A DNA stretch of 64,000 nucleotides from the human T2T-CHM13v2.0 reference genome, Homo sapiens, in NCBI RefSeq assembly GCF_009914755.1, contig NC_060926.1. One strand, 5' to 3'. This document shows, piece by piece, positions 15,913 through 31,834 of the stretch. Every line of letters starts with the position of its first letter. The first letter of the stretch is position 1. The notes below the pieces were generated by a model. It saw only the letters and a list, made by a program, of their open reading frames with translations, was not told the origin of the DNA and ran no database searches. The translations under genes were made by a program, and so were the position numbers.

Positions 15913-17629
15913 TTTGTTATAATAAGGACAGAATGTAAAGACTGAGTGAGATTTGTTTTACACAAACAAATTTATTGTGTTTTACACAAATAAATTTGCT
16001 TTACACAAACTTATGTATTTTGGACATGTATACAAGAAGCTTCTATGTATCCTTTGGATCACAGAAAGTTAATACCCTTCTTTATTCTCAGAATAGTCTA
16101 TGTCATTATATATAACTCTGTTATTGTTAAATGTCAATACTTATCTTTGGTCTTTCAAATTTAGAATTATTACTGATTTAACAATATTGACATTTACATA
16201 CAATACTCATCAATTCATAAATATTGTTAGCTTATGCCTTTGACCTTTGACCCTAATGAGGGGCTAATATCTTTCAGATATTACACATTTCAAATGTTGG
16301 TCATTATGGAGCTGGGAATAAAAGAAGGAAAAAAAAACCTTTTCCTTGAACAATTTAACATTTTTGCTTCATGCATATGGAGAAGGTATTTTTCTTTGGA
16401 AGTAAACATGCACAAAGGTCTTTGTCTGGCAAGGCAGTCGGTAATGATCTGAAGAAGCAGGAAATGACAGACTTGATGACAGCTGCACTGTTCTGCCAGT
16501 TGTTGCTCAAGGCTTAGTGTTCTGGCTGTTTCTCTGAAGACAGCTGAGGTTTCCCTCCCAGGTAAGGAAAGCTCTGCCCACTGTAGTAATAGGTAGACAG
16601 AATCCAAAGTGGTTTCACAGAAAATAAATTGAACTGGCACTCTGATAATGGGTTTCCTTGTCGGTTCTATTGATATCTAAGTTTATACAAATAATTTTTC
16701 TTATTTCCCAGTTTCCTCATTTGCAAAATTAGCATATTAAACCAGACAACATGGGGAAGCTTCCTTTCAGGTCCAAAATTCCAGAATTTTCTATAAATGT
16801 ATCTGTTGGAAAGTTATAGGGAAAGGGCAATAAGCTCATCTCTGTTATTTATTATTTTAGACCAAGCTATTTTGGGTCACATTTCAAACTGGATGGATAC
16901 TATTGCATTTTTTTTCTCCTCTGGCACATGCTACAGATTCTTTTCAAATTAAGAAAGGGAAGCTCTTTTTTTTTGTGAGCAAAAAAGTAGATGGCTTTTA
17001 AGATATTTTAGGAAAGTCCTCTTAGGTTGATTAAGGTAACCTTTAGAGTGCAGAGTTGATCAACAATTTCTATGGCCTCACTATGAGTGAAAATGCACAC
17101 AAAATGCACACCTTTAAGGAAGCCTTTAGTTTTTGCTCAACCTCTATTTATGGAACTCTTTAATTTACAGTTTTCAATGCTTACTCAGAGATGGCAACTG
17201 CAAGTAAACTACAGATTAGGAAATTGGAGGAGATTGTGGAGGTGTGTGTTTCATTTTAGGAGATAGAGTCTCCTCCTCTCCCACCTCTCAGTTCCCAAAT
17301 ACAAAATGTTCTGTGTAGAGGAGGAGCAAGAGCAGAGGTGGAGAAGGTCTGTTTGCAGTTTATGCTATGGATTAAACTTTTTGTTTTGTTTCAATTATTC
17401 TATGAGTTCTCATTGTCAGAGATCTAGGTAGTGGAAACTCCTACAACATTTCACTGGACCAAATCCTGCTAGAAATTGTAAATTGGGTTGAGAGTGAAGC
17501 ACATAAAGCTTCCAGTCACCTGTGACCTGAGAAAGCATGATATGTCTTTCAGTCACCTGTGACCTCCGAGTACCTATGCAGGGAGGAGACATAGGCAGTT
17601 CACTAGGTAGAGCTTTGCTTTATTCAAAG

Positions 17630-18460
17630 GAAGTGAGTAGAAACCTCCCCACATGTTTGAGGAAAAAACAACCATAGAACAGACAAAAGGGAATAGCATT
17701 CAGAAGCCTCAAAGAAAGGACTTATTCTTGTAAACTACTGAAAGACCTAAAAATTATTTTTAAGACAAGTATTTGGCATCTTCAGAAGACAAAAAGGCAT
17801 TGTTTCTTTGAAAGAGAAGTAGGCATTCATCAGGAGAAAGAAAAGGAGATGAAAAAGCAGCAGAATTAGAAAAAGGTGTTGTGATGAAACAAAAAAATGG
17901 CCTCAGAGAAAATCAAAACCCAATAACAGAATTAAAATCCGTATTTTCAGCAATAGAGAAGAGAACTAATGCTGCAGGCAAATTAGTTAGAAATGTAGAG
18001 GGCAATTTGAGAAGAGCATCAGTAATTTAAAAGGAAAGAGACAAAGAGAAAAGAGCCAAAAAAGACAGAGAAGATTTGGATGGCCTAAACTATAAATAAG
18101 AGGTCTGCTTGAAAAAGAGAACAGTAAACATAATTCAATGACTTTAAATGAAAGAGAAATTTAATGATTTACAAAGACTTGTATCTGTACATGCAGATTG
18201 AGGAAGCTCAATATATTCTAGGCAGAGTTAATGAAAAGAAACTCAGGCATAGATATTTCATTGAAAACACATTTAGATTCTCAAGATAAAGAAGAGATAT
18301 CTCATAAGAATTGAAGCAGAAAACTTTATTTCTTCCAAAAATAAAAATAGATGTCTTTGGTTTTCAATCATACAATATGGAAAGCAAGATGTCTATGCAA
18401 TACATACAGAATTTTGATGGGAAAAGACAACTTCTAACTCAATATTTTAACATTTTTTAT
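17630..18460 (+). mobile_element. Old L1M/HAL1 ORF1 remnant
   Basis: Very A-rich coiled-coil-like region followed by ORF1-type motifs (gcagattgaggaagctca, tcaagataaagaagagatatc). Confidence 0.55.
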
Positions 18461-18464
18461 ATGA

Positions 18465-18787
<323 letters not shown>

Positions 18788-19264
18788 TCTATATTATAGA
18801 ATTTTAACTTCTGGAAGCATATATGTCAGTATGTTGTAAATCATGGCCCATAGGCTAATGGATATAGTGTGGCATGTGATTATGAAGTTGGAGACGAAGT
18901 GATTAGGAGAAAATTGACACTTAATAATTGATATTCTTGATAAAATAACATTATATAGTGTACTGGAGAACTCAGGGCTTTCATTGAAAATGCTGGATTA
19001 AAAGAAAATTTAGATCAAAGAGCAATATATTGGTCTTTGAGGCACTCATTATTTAGAAGGACTGTCTATAGGACATAACAAGATCTAAGGAGTAAACATA
19101 AAAGTTGGAGGCAAAAGTGGGGAAGAGAAGATATAGGAGTTACATTCTGATAAGCTGTTACATCATTTAGATTGTCCAAAGGACATTCAGGTTACCAAAC
19201 ACAAAAATAGGACTTGGTGAGAAAGGGAGGAATATGAGATAGAGTTTTGAGAAATTATTTTTAG

Positions 19265-19423
<159 letters not shown>

Positions 19424-19785
19424 TAGAAAGTAGATAGAATTGAATTGATGCAGAAAAACAAAATTAGCATAAATATTACCTGCGACAGGCAACATAGGGA
19501 AGAATTACATGCAACATACAGAGGGATGCCATAGGAGAAGTAAGAGCAAATCTTAACTGACAAAATCCTAGAAAATTGAAGCTTGAAGCCAATATTCACA
19601 AGCAAGTGGCCAAGGGAAAATTATTGGCATAACTGATTAAGGAACTGGGTCAACCAAAGCCATTTATCTCCTAAGATATGTTTAGTGTATGGCAATGGAT
19701 GTATCTTCCTCTATGTTAAAAGTCCTAAGATCATTCTGAACTCTGCTCTATGCAAAAAGACCTCTCTTTCTAAATGATGTAAACC

Positions 19786-20663
19786 AGTACTCACCAACGG
19801 AAATACAATGCAAGCCATATATGCAATTTTAATTTTTCTAGCTACACTAAAGAAGAAAAATAAGCAAAATTAATTTTAACAATACATTTTATGTAACCAA
19901 ATATATCCAAAATATTTTGGCATGGAATTGATATAAAATTGTTCATAATACATTTCTTAATGTGTTTTATTCATACAAAGTCAATCACATCCAGTGTATT
20001 TTACACCTGAAGGACATCTCAATTTGGATACTGAATTTTCATTGGACTGAGTTAATTTTCATTTATATTTCATAAAATTCATAGTTGGAAAAGTAGATGC
20101 ACATATGACAGAGTTTCAGACATGTTGGACTGTTTTCTAAACAAACATTTATTATGTTCTGCTGTGGTGAATTGCAATTGCCATTCATTGTAACATTTGG
20201 GCCTTACTTTTTTCTAGTCTCTTTTTTTCCTTTACTGTTTGGTTGTAGTAGTAGCTTTTGCACTAATTCTTCACTAATATTATATTAAAATATTTTATTA
20301 AAATATTTTAATGTAAAACATAATTGTCTTTACCCATTTTCTAAACTCAAAACATAGTTTAATTATGTTATAACTTAAATAATAAGTATTTCTTTTTAAT
20401 TGCCAGTTACGTTTTACATAGATATCACAGTAAGTCATGCTGCCTGCCTAAAATATCTCAATAAATACAATGTTACATCAGTGTGTAGAAAAAAAATCAT
20501 TCAAATCAAGCAATTTGTTGACAGAGACTAGATTGGTGGTGTGTTTATACATGTATTGTTATATGTATGTTAATGCATGTGCTTGACATAAACACAACAA
20601 TACAACATCTTGCACTATGCAATGGCTTAAGTGAAATGTCCTAAAAACCAGTAAAATTTTGTA
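19786..20663. mobile_element. hAT-Charlie element (Charlie5/MER33-related), interrupted by L1; appears to resume at about 24875-24935
   Basis: MER33-type terminus (aaatacaatgcaagccatatatgcaattttaa) extending into acatctcaatttggatactgaattttc. Confidence 0.65.
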
Positions 20664-22007
<1,344 letters not shown>

Positions 22008-24855
22008 TGAAAGATAGCAGTATAACCAATCTCACAGAAATGCAAAATATCCTCAAAGACTAATATGAACACCTCTTTGTCCACGAATGAGAAAATCTAA
22101 AGGAATTGGATAAGTTCCTGGAAACACACAACCTCTCAAAAATTAACTAAAAGAAAGTGAAAACCTGAACAGACCAATAACAAGTTCCAAATTAAATCAG
22201 TAATAAAAACCCATGAAGCAAATAAAGCCCTGGAACACCTGGATTCCCAGCTGAATTCAATCAGATATAACAAAGAGGAAATGGTACAATTCTTACCAAA
22301 ATTATTCAAACAACAACAACAACAACAACAAAAAGCAAAGAGGAAAGGCTCCTCCCTAACTCATTATATGAAATCAGCATCATTCTGATGCCAAAATCTG
22401 GTGTAGACACAATGAAAATGTAAACTAAAGGTTAATATATCTGATAAACATAGACACAAAAATCCTCAACAGAATACTAGCAAACTGAATATAGCAGCAC
22501 ATCAAGAAGTTAATTCACCATGATCAAGTAAGCTTTATTCTTGGGATGCAAGATTGGTTCAACATACGCAAATGATATATGTGATTCTCTACACAAAGAT
22601 AATAAAACAAAAACCGTATGATTATCTGAATTGATGTAGTAGAATCCTTTGATAAAATCCAGCATCTTTTCATTGTAAAATCCCTCAACACAGTAGGCAT
22701 CAAAGGAATGTACCATCAAATACTGAGAGCCAGCTTATGACATAGCTAACATCATACTGAACAGGCAAAAGCTGGAAGCATTCCCCTTGAGAACCGGAAC
22801 AAGACAAGAATGCCCATTCTCACAACTCCTATTCAACACAGTACTAGAAGTCCTATCAAGAGCAATCAGTTCAAGAGAAAGAAATAAAAGGCATCTAAAT
22901 TGAAAAAGAAGAAGTTGAACTATCTCTCTTCACTGATAATATCATTCTATACCTAGAAAACCCTAAAGAGTCTGCCAAAACCTCCTAGAACTGATAACGA
23001 CTTCAGTAAAGTTTCAGAATATAAAATCTATGTACAAAATCACTAGCATTTCTAAACACCAATAACATTCTAGATGACAGCCAAATCAAGAACATAATCC
23101 CATTTATCATAGCCACAAGAAAATGAAGTACCTAGGAATGCACCTAACCAAGGAGGTGAAAAAACTACAGAGAGAACTACAAAATGCTTCTGACAGAAAT
23201 CAGAGACAAAACAAATAAATGGAACAAATACCACATGCTCATGGAGTGGAAGAATCAATATCATTAAAATGACCATACTGCCCAAAGCAATTTACAGATT
23301 CAATGCCATTCGTATCAAAATATCAATGCCATTTTTTCACAGAAATAGAAAAAAACTATTTTAAAATTCATGCGAAACCAAAAAGTGTCCAAATAGCCAA
23401 AGCAATCCTAAGCAAAAACAACAAAGCCAAAGGCATCATGTTATTCAACTTCAAACTATACTATAAGGCTATAGTAATCAAAACAGCATGGTGCTTGTGC
23501 AAAAACAGACACATAAACCAACGGAACAGAAGAGAGAACCCTGAAAAAATCCTGCACACCTACAACTATCTGATCTTTGACAAAGTTGACAAAAATAAGC
23601 AAAGGACTCCCTATTTGATAAATGGTGCCAGTATAACTGGCTAGCCATATGCAAAAGAATGAAACTGGATCCTTACCTTTTACCATATACAAAAATTAAC
23701 TCAAGATGAGCTAAAGGTTTAAATCTAAGATCTAAAACTACAAAAATCCTAGAAGAAAATCTAGGAAATACCCTTCTTGACATCTTTTTTGGCAAAGCAT
23801 TCATGGCTAAGTTCCCAAAAGCAGTTGCAATAATAGAAAGTATTGATAAGTTGGACCTAATTAAATGAAAAAGCTATCACTCAGCAAAGAAACTATCAAC
23901 AGAATAAACAGACAACCTACACAATGGGAGAAAATATTTACAAATTATGCATCCAACAAAGGTCTAATATCTGAAATTGTTAAGGAATTTAAATCTATAA
24001 GCAAAAAACAACTCCATTTAAAAAGTGGGCAAAAGACATGAACAGACACTTCTTAAAAGAAGGCATACAGCCAGCAAACATTTAAAAATGCTCATTATCA
24101 CTAAGTGTTAGAGGAATGCAAACCAAAACCACAATGAGATACCATCTCACAGCAGTCAAAATGGTGATTATTAAAAAGTAAAAAAAAATAACAGTTGCTT
24201 GCAAGGCTGCAGAGAAAAGGGAATGCTTATACATTGTTGGTGAGAATGCAAGCTAGTTCAACTACTATGCAAAGCAGTTTGGAGATTTCTCAAATAACTT
24301 AAAACAGAACTACCATTCGACCCAGCAATCCCATTATTGGGTATATACCTAAAAGAAAACAGATCTTTCTACCAAAAATATACATGTACTTACTTGCATG
24401 TTCATCACAGCACTATTCACAATAGCAGACTTAGAATTGATCTAGGTGCCCATCAATGGTGGGTTGGATAATGAAAATATGGTACATATACACCATGGAA
24501 TACTATACAGCCATAAAAAGAATGAAATCATGTCCTTTGCCGGAACATGGATGCAGCTGGAGGCCATTATCCTGAGTGAATTAACACAGGAACAGACAAC
24601 CAAATACCACATGTTCTCAGTTACAAGTAGGAGCTAAATATTGAGTACACTTAGACCCAAAGATGAGAACAATGGACACTAGGGACTACTAGAGTAAGGA
24701 GGGAGGGTATGTGGGCTGAAAAATTACCTAGTGGCTATTTTGCTTACTCTCAGGGTGACAGGATCATCCACATCCCAAATGTCAGCATCATGCAACATAC
24801 TCTTGTTACAAACCTTCAGGCATATAGCCTGAATCCAAAATAAAACTTGAAAAGA
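22008..24855 (+). mobile_element. Sense 3' segment of the same L1PA15/16-like element
   Basis: Decayed ORF2 through the 3'UTR ending ctgaatccaaaataaaacttgaaaag; TSD shared with the inverted segment. Confidence 0.9.
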
Positions 24856-24944
24856 AAAAGCCAGTAAATTTGTATTCAATGAAAAATATTTTACATTGAT
24901 TCAGTTCTTAAATTCAACTTCAAATTCATTGAAATAGAAAGTCC

Positions 24945-25396
24945 TAAACATTCTGGCATCTTTTTACCTATCTGACTTCATCTCCTGTCACCATCCCTGT
25001 GTCACTTTTCTCTAGACACATTGGCCTCATCGCTATTCCTTGAACATGCTAGGCCTGCTTCCACCTCAGAGATTTTACACCTGTTCCCTATTATTGGAAA
25101 GTTCTCCCCTAGATAGCTGTGTTGGGCCTCCTTTGAGAATGCTGTTTAAATTTGCTTCCCTCATTCCCCACATACTTCCCTTGACTTACTTCACTTCATA
25201 GCACCTGTCACTGTCTAATATACTACATGATTTGTTTATATCCATTGCCTTTCTCAGTGCTGTTTTTGCTCTCACTAGAATATAAATTGTATGCAGATAG
25301 GAATTTTGTCACTTTTTTTCATGGTATATCCACGAAAGCAAGAACAATGCCGGACACATAGTTGAAGCTCAATAAACATTTGTTGAATAGATGAAT
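24945..25396 (+). mobile_element. LINE-2 3' end (L2a)
   Basis: ctagaatataaatt..., gctcaataaacatttgttgaatagatgaat. Confidence 0.85.
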
Positions 25397-25639
25397 TTAT
25401 AAAAGATAATTACTGAAGAATAGAGAGAAGATCTATCTCTTTTTAAACCACATGATGGGAAAAATGGGAAATGTGCTCAATTGACTCAATGAAAAGCAAA
25501 AATAAATGAACAGTAATAAATACTTATAAAATGAGGTGGAAATGTAAATACAATAAAATAATTTATCATAGTAAGAGTGAATGAATTAATGTTTCTGTTA
25601 AAAAAGTACAAATCCAATTAAGTGATTTCCTTTTTACTT

Positions 25640-28192
25640 AACTGATTTTTAACTAATTGACACATACAATTGTTCATATTTAGGAGGTAAGTGTAAATGT
25701 TTCAATGCATGTGTACATTGTACAACGATTAAATTAGGGTAATTATATTATTTTAATCATTTCTTTGTGGTGATAGCATTCAAAATCTTTTAGCTATCTT
25801 GAAATACACACTATGTTGTTATTTGCTATTGTTTCCTTATTTATTCTCCCTAACTGTAAATCAGAAGTTATTCTTGCTGTCTAACTGTTATTTTCATAGC
25901 TGTTGACCAACCTTTCTCAGTTACTTCCTCCCCACCACCATCCCCAGCCTCTGGTAGCCATTATTCTACTCTCTACTTCCATGAGATCTTTTTTTTTTCT
26001 TTTTTTTTTTGAGATGGAGTCTTGCTCTGTCGCCCAGGCTAGAGTGCAGTGGTGCAATCTCGGCTCACTGAAACCTCCACCTCCCAGGTTCAAGCAGTTC
26101 TCCTGCCTCAGCCTCCTGAATAACTGGGATTACAGGCGCTCACCACCACTTCAAGCTATTTTTTTTTTTTTTTGTATCTTTAGTAGAGACGGGGTTTCAC
26201 CATCTTGGCCGGGCTGGTCTCGAGCTCCTGACCTCATGATCCACCGCCTCAGCCTCCCAAAGTGCTGGGATTACGGGCATGAGCCTCCGTGCCCGGCCAT
26301 GAGATCATTCCACATATGTATGAGATCATGCGGTGTTTGTCTTTCTGTGTCTTGCCTATTTCACTCAACATACTATCCTCAAGTTTCATACATGTTGCTG
26401 CAAATGACAGAATTTCATTCTGTATGATTACTGAATAGCATTCCATTGTATATTGATACCACATTTTCTTTATTCATTCATCTGCAGATGAGCATTTAGA
26501 TTGATGCCATATCCTGGGTATTATGAATAGTGCTGTAATAAACATGGTAATGCAGATATCTCTTTGACTGGCTGATTTCATTTCCTTTGGATATATACCC
26601 TGTAATGGGATTGCTGGATCATATGGTATCTCTATTTTAATTTTTAAAAATAAACTCCATACTGTTTTTTATAATGGCCATACTAATTTACATTCCCATC
26701 AATAGTGCACAAGAGTTCTTTTTTCTTCACATCCTTGCTAACATTTATGGGTTTTTTTTTGTATTTTTGATAATAGTCATTTTAATTGGGGTGAGGTGAT
26801 ATTTTGTTGAAGATTGTTGAATTTTTTTCATATACATTGGTCATTTGTATGTCTTCTTTTGAGACATGTCTATTCAGGTTTTTGCCCATTTTAAAATTAA
26901 ATTATTTGGTTTTTTTTCCTATTAATGGTGTTCCTTATATGTTCTGGAATACTAACTCCTTTAAAGATGAATAGTTTGCAAATAATTTCTCCCGTTCTGT
27001 AAGTTGTCTATTTATTGATAATTTCCTTGCTATGTAGAAGCTTTTTAGTTTGATGTAATCCCATTTGTCTATTTTTGCTTTTGTTGTCTGTGCTTTTGAA
27101 GTCTTATTTTAAAAAAAAATCCAATCCAATTTTATGAAATGTTTCCCCAATGTTTTCTTCTAATTGTTTAATAGTTTTGGGTCTTAGATAGGCTTAAGCT
27201 TTAGTTCATTTGATTTGATTTTTGTATATGGTGATAAAAGGTATCTAGTTTCATTCTTCTGCATGTGGATATCCAATTTTCCTAGCACTATTTACTGAGG
27301 AGAGTATCCTTTTCCCAATGTGCATGCTTGGCATATTTGTTGAAAATCAATTGGCTGTTGGGTTCTCTGTTCTTTTTCATTGGTATGTTTGTCTGTTTTT
27401 ATGCCAGTGCCACGCTGTTTTGTTTTCTGTAGGTTTGTAGTATATTTTGAAGTCAAGTAGTTTGATATCTCCAGCCTGTTCTTTTTGCTCAAGATTGCTT
27501 TACCATCTGGGTCTTTTGTTTCCATATACATTTTAAGACTTTTCTTTTCTATCATGTGAAGAATGTTTGTGGTATTTTGATAGGGATTGCATTGAATCTG
27601 TAGATCACTTTGGATGATATAGAAATTTCAGGAATAGTAATTCTTCTAATCCATAAGCACAGGATATCTTTCCATTTATTTGTGTTGTTTTCAGTTTCTT
27701 TCATCAATGGTTTATAGTTTTCATTCTAAAGATCTTTCACCTATTTGCGTATTCTTTTTTTGTACGTATTGTTACTTTCTTGATTTTTTTTAAATGGTTC
27801 ACTATTAGTGCATAGAAATGCCACTAACTTTGGTATGCTGATTTTGTATTCTGCAGCTTTACTGAATTCATTTATTATTTCTCTAATAGTTTTTTTTAAC
27901 TGGAGTCTTTAGAGTTTTCTATACATATGATCATGTCATTTGCAAATGGGGGCAATTTTACTTCCTCCTTTCCAATTTACATGCCCTTAATTTTTTTTAT
28001 TTTGACTAGTTGCTCTTGTTAAAACTTTCAGTATTATGTTGAACAAAATGGTGAAAATAGGTATTCTTGTCTTGTTATAGAACTTAGAAAGCATTCAACT
28101 TTTCCCCATTCAGCATATGTCAGCTGTGGATCTACAATGTATGATTTTCATTGTGTTGAGGTATGTTTCTTCTCTGTCCAGTTTGTTGAGAT
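25640..28192 (-). mobile_element. 5'-truncated L1MA element
   Basis: L1MA-type antisense 3' end followed by continuous antisense ORF2. Confidence 0.88.
25989..26298 (-). mobile_element. AluSg-like, nested in L1MA
   Basis: Full dimer; TSD atgagatc (25981-25988 / 26299-26306). Confidence 0.92.
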
Positions 28193-28544
28193 CATATTTT
28201 CTTTAGGAAATGGATAAAATATGGAAGAATTAGTAGAAACTTTAGTTCATAATTATAGTGGGGGGTTAACAAGTTTAGTTAAGAAATTTATATATAAAGT
28301 ATACTCAACTATAAATATAAATAATTTGAATGATAAAGTAATAAGCTTAGTATTATATACATATATAACGCTTTCTCTCTTCCACAAATAGTATGATAGG
28401 CCCCCAAATAAACTCTAGATTTTATTGGAGGAAAATTTGAAGAAAAACACCTCACACAATGTGTAATTCATATACCCATTGACCTGGATACTCTACATTT
28501 CCAATTCTGTACTATGAAAATGCTCACATATGAAAAGAAAGATT

Positions 28545-28836
28545 TGCCGGATGCAGTGGCTCATGCCTGTAATATCAGCAGTTAGGGAAACTGAGGTGGG
28601 TGGCTCACTTGAGGCCAGGAGTTCAAACAGCCTGGCCAACATGGCAAAAACCTGTCTCTACTAAAGACACAAAAATTAGCTGAGCGTGGTGGTGTGCACC
28701 TGTAGTCCCAGCTACTCAGGAGGCTAAGGCCTGAGAATCACTGGCACCCTGGAGACGTTGCAGTGAGCCAACACTGCAACACTGCACTGCAGCTTGGGTG
28801 ACAGAGAGACTCTATCTCCAAAATAAGAAAAGAAAA
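28545..28836 (+). mobile_element. Diverged Alu (Sz/Jb-like) within an old L1ME remnant (about 28460-29230)
   Basis: Dimer with cacttgaggccaggag; flanks resemble the L1ME 3' region. Confidence 0.88.
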
Positions 28837-30077
28837 GGTATATGCACAGGCATGTTAATTGTTACATCATTTTTAGTATTAAAAAACTAACAGTAACCTT
28901 TAGTTCATTAATGAGAATGATGAAATAGTTATTTTATATTATAGAATATGTCATGTGACCAAAAAAATCAATTTTTTAAAAACATATTACTAACCAAAAA
29001 TGTCACAGAATAGTTGTGTAGATTTATCTCATTTAAGCAAGGCACATAAACATGTAAGTGATTAGATAGAGAACTGATGGAGTATTTTTTGAGAGCAGTC
29101 CAAAAATGTAAGATAAAAGGAGATCTTTCACATTTTGGTTTATTTACTTTTGGCAGAATTGAAGACTATATTATAAAATGATTTTAAGTTCTTTATTAGA
29201 TTTCTATTTTCAATATTTTCTATAATATACACCTATAACTCAGAGAAAATAAATTGAACAGATTTACAAATTTTTAAAAATTATTAACAAGAGACAATAA
29301 ATCTAAATCCATCTATTATAATTCTAACAAGACCAAATCATGGAAAAACTATATTTATTGAGTGTCTCCTATAAAGAGGGTAATTAACAATCAGATGATA
29401 AGCTGCCATCTTAATCGTTCAATAACATTTTACATAACAAGTCAAATCCATTCAAGAAATTGTTAATGTACTCTTCGAAAACCTCGTGGAATTGTCTTAA
29501 GTGATTGTATAATATTTGATGGGAACTCATGATCCAGAAAATCTTGCCAATTTAAATCAATTAATAATTCTGATATATTATACTTCTTTTTTTGGCCATC
29601 ACTTGAAACATGTTTCAGAATGGTAAGGAAGTTTTACTGGAAAGTAGAGAAAGTGAGAAAAAAACCTAGAAGAGTTATGAGCATAACCTAGGATAGTTAT
29701 TAACATTATCCAGTGCATGTTATAATCAACAATCATGTATCTTTAGACTCATTCTTGTCAAATATAGGAGCAAAGGAACATTATTTGCTTTGTTTCTTAC
29801 TACTTCTTTAAAAACACATCCTTTTCTCCACAATGAATTTACTTTTTATGTCAAAGTCTGTTAAGGGTTGCTCTAAGTACTTAGCTCCCCACCTCACTGT
29901 GAACAATAGTGTTTTAGTATTCAATCGGCATGGCTGTAAAAGTACGTTATTACTAGACACACAGAGCATACATGCTCCTTGAAATAACTGGGCAGATACA
30001 TTGCTCTTATTTAATACAGAATAGACTGAATGAAGGCAGAGGAGAATGGATTAAGTCCTCATGTGCCAGTGCACCCT

Positions 30078-30135
30078 CACACACACATACACACACACAC
30101 ATACACACACAACTCACACATGTATAACATACACA
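30078..30135. repeat. Imperfect (CA)n microsatellite
   Basis: Seen directly. Confidence 0.85.
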
Positions 30136-30959
30136 GACAAGAACTACAGAAATAATGCTAAGTAAAGGGTGGTAAAGCAAAGAGGAATCTAAACATTTGA
30201 ATGTAGTATGGACCAAAGACAGGTGACCGTGTGAGTTCAGCTCTGCCAATTTTTGAGGGAGAATAAATCTCTTATGAAAATTATCTTACCAGCAGCTTGT
30301 GGAGGACTTGCCTGGGTATATGGGCAGCTCATGTTTATTGTACAAAGGACTGTTAACCTCACTATGTATATTATGCATATCTGCTATGGTAAGCAAGGCA
30401 GCTTCTGTTTATAAATAATGTAAGTTAATTTAACATATCAAATGTTAAATTAGATAAAGTTTTATTTGAATAATAATATCAGAGTACTGGGGCTTTTTGG
30501 TGTCACCCTAATAAATGACCTCAAAGTAGCAAGCACACAGAACTGCCATCCCAGCATGAGGTATGGCATATAAGAATTCCACAGATTTTGTTGAGTTGTT
30601 TAGTGTCTCTTTATACAAATTCAGTGTTTTGATTTTTGAAAAAGAGAAAATTCTGGAACCTTATTTCTCTTTCCTCTATACTATCCTTCAATTAATATTG
30701 GACTTAAACATTTAAAATTAATTAGTTAAAAGTTTGATGCTTCTTTAAAAAGTATTAATGAAACAGTTTTAAGAAATTGAAGAATACATACTTACATGGT
30801 TCAAAATATATACACTATTCAATTTCTTAACATAATGTCTCTTTATTTTCCAACTAATGAAAAAAATACCATGTCTCCATCTTTAATATCAACCTCATAT
30901 CCAGGATTTTTGATATTGTTTGTATTCTCTTACTTAATTTTTCTCCTCTATATTTAAAC

Positions 30960-31460
30960 TCTTTCCAATCTAACTTTTGTGCCATCCCTATTTCAAAATA
31001 GCCTTTGCTGATCCCAGTGACTTTCATGTCACTGAATCCAAAGGAATTTAAATGAACTCTTATCTAACTTGAGCTCTCAGCAGCATTTGATGCTGTTGAT
31101 TACTCTCTGTTCTTGGAGTCGCCAGCTTCTTTGGTTATGTTCACCTTTTCCTCTGAATTCTAGACCCGAATATCTCACTGATAATCGATATTCCTACTGA
31201 GTTGTCTCTAGCCTAACTTAAAGTCTGTTTTCCAAAACTGTTCCTTTTATATTTAAAATATTTAAAAATGTAATTATAGTGTGTGAAGAGTCACCATCAA
31301 AACTTCCTTCTTCAACCTAGATCCAATCAATCACCAAGCACTACCAACTTCTTTCATAAATACATTTGAAACATATTAAGTGCTTGTTTTCTTCCTATCA
31401 TAAACCTCAGTTGGACTTTGTTTTCCAGTGGGTCTTTCCACATTCTCTCTTGTTTGACGT
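30960..31460 (+). mobile_element. LINE-2 internal (RT) remnant
   Basis: cttgagctctcagcagcatttgatgctgttgat encodes LELSAAFDAVD, matching the L2 RT LDLSAAFDTVD motif. Confidence 0.75.
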
Positions 31461-31467
31461 GCCTTGC

Positions 31468-31834
31468 TGTATTAGTTTTCACATGGCTATAAAGACACTA
31501 CCTGAGACTGGGTAATTTATAAATAAAAGAGGTTTAATTGACTCACAGTTCAGCGTGGCTGTGGAGGCCTCAGGAAACTTACAATCGTGGCACAAAGAAA
31601 AGGGGAAGAAAGGGATGTCTTAATATGGCGGCAGGAAAGAGAGAGGGAAAAAGAGCGAGGAAGTGCCACACTTAAAACTATCAGCTCTCATGAGAGCTCA
31701 CTCATTATCATGAGAGCAGCATGGAGGAAACCAACCCCATGATCCAATCACCTCCCAGCAGGTCCCTTCCTCGACACCTAGGGATTACAATTCGAAATGA
31801 GGTTTGAGTGGGGCCACAGAACCAAACCATATCA
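31468..31834 (-). mobile_element. MaLR solo LTR, THE1D-like
   Basis: tgtattag...aaccatatca termini; 5-bp TSD cttgc/cttgg. Confidence 0.92.

Noticed and set aside
17513-17565. CRISPR-like repeat-spacer-repeat
   Set aside because: Only two 16-bp repeats, primate DNA, and no cas genes.
25903-26427. 174-aa ORF and similar ORFs at 18.5, 21.0, 38.9, 53.5 and 58.0 kb
   Set aside because: Typical translations of Alu sequence.
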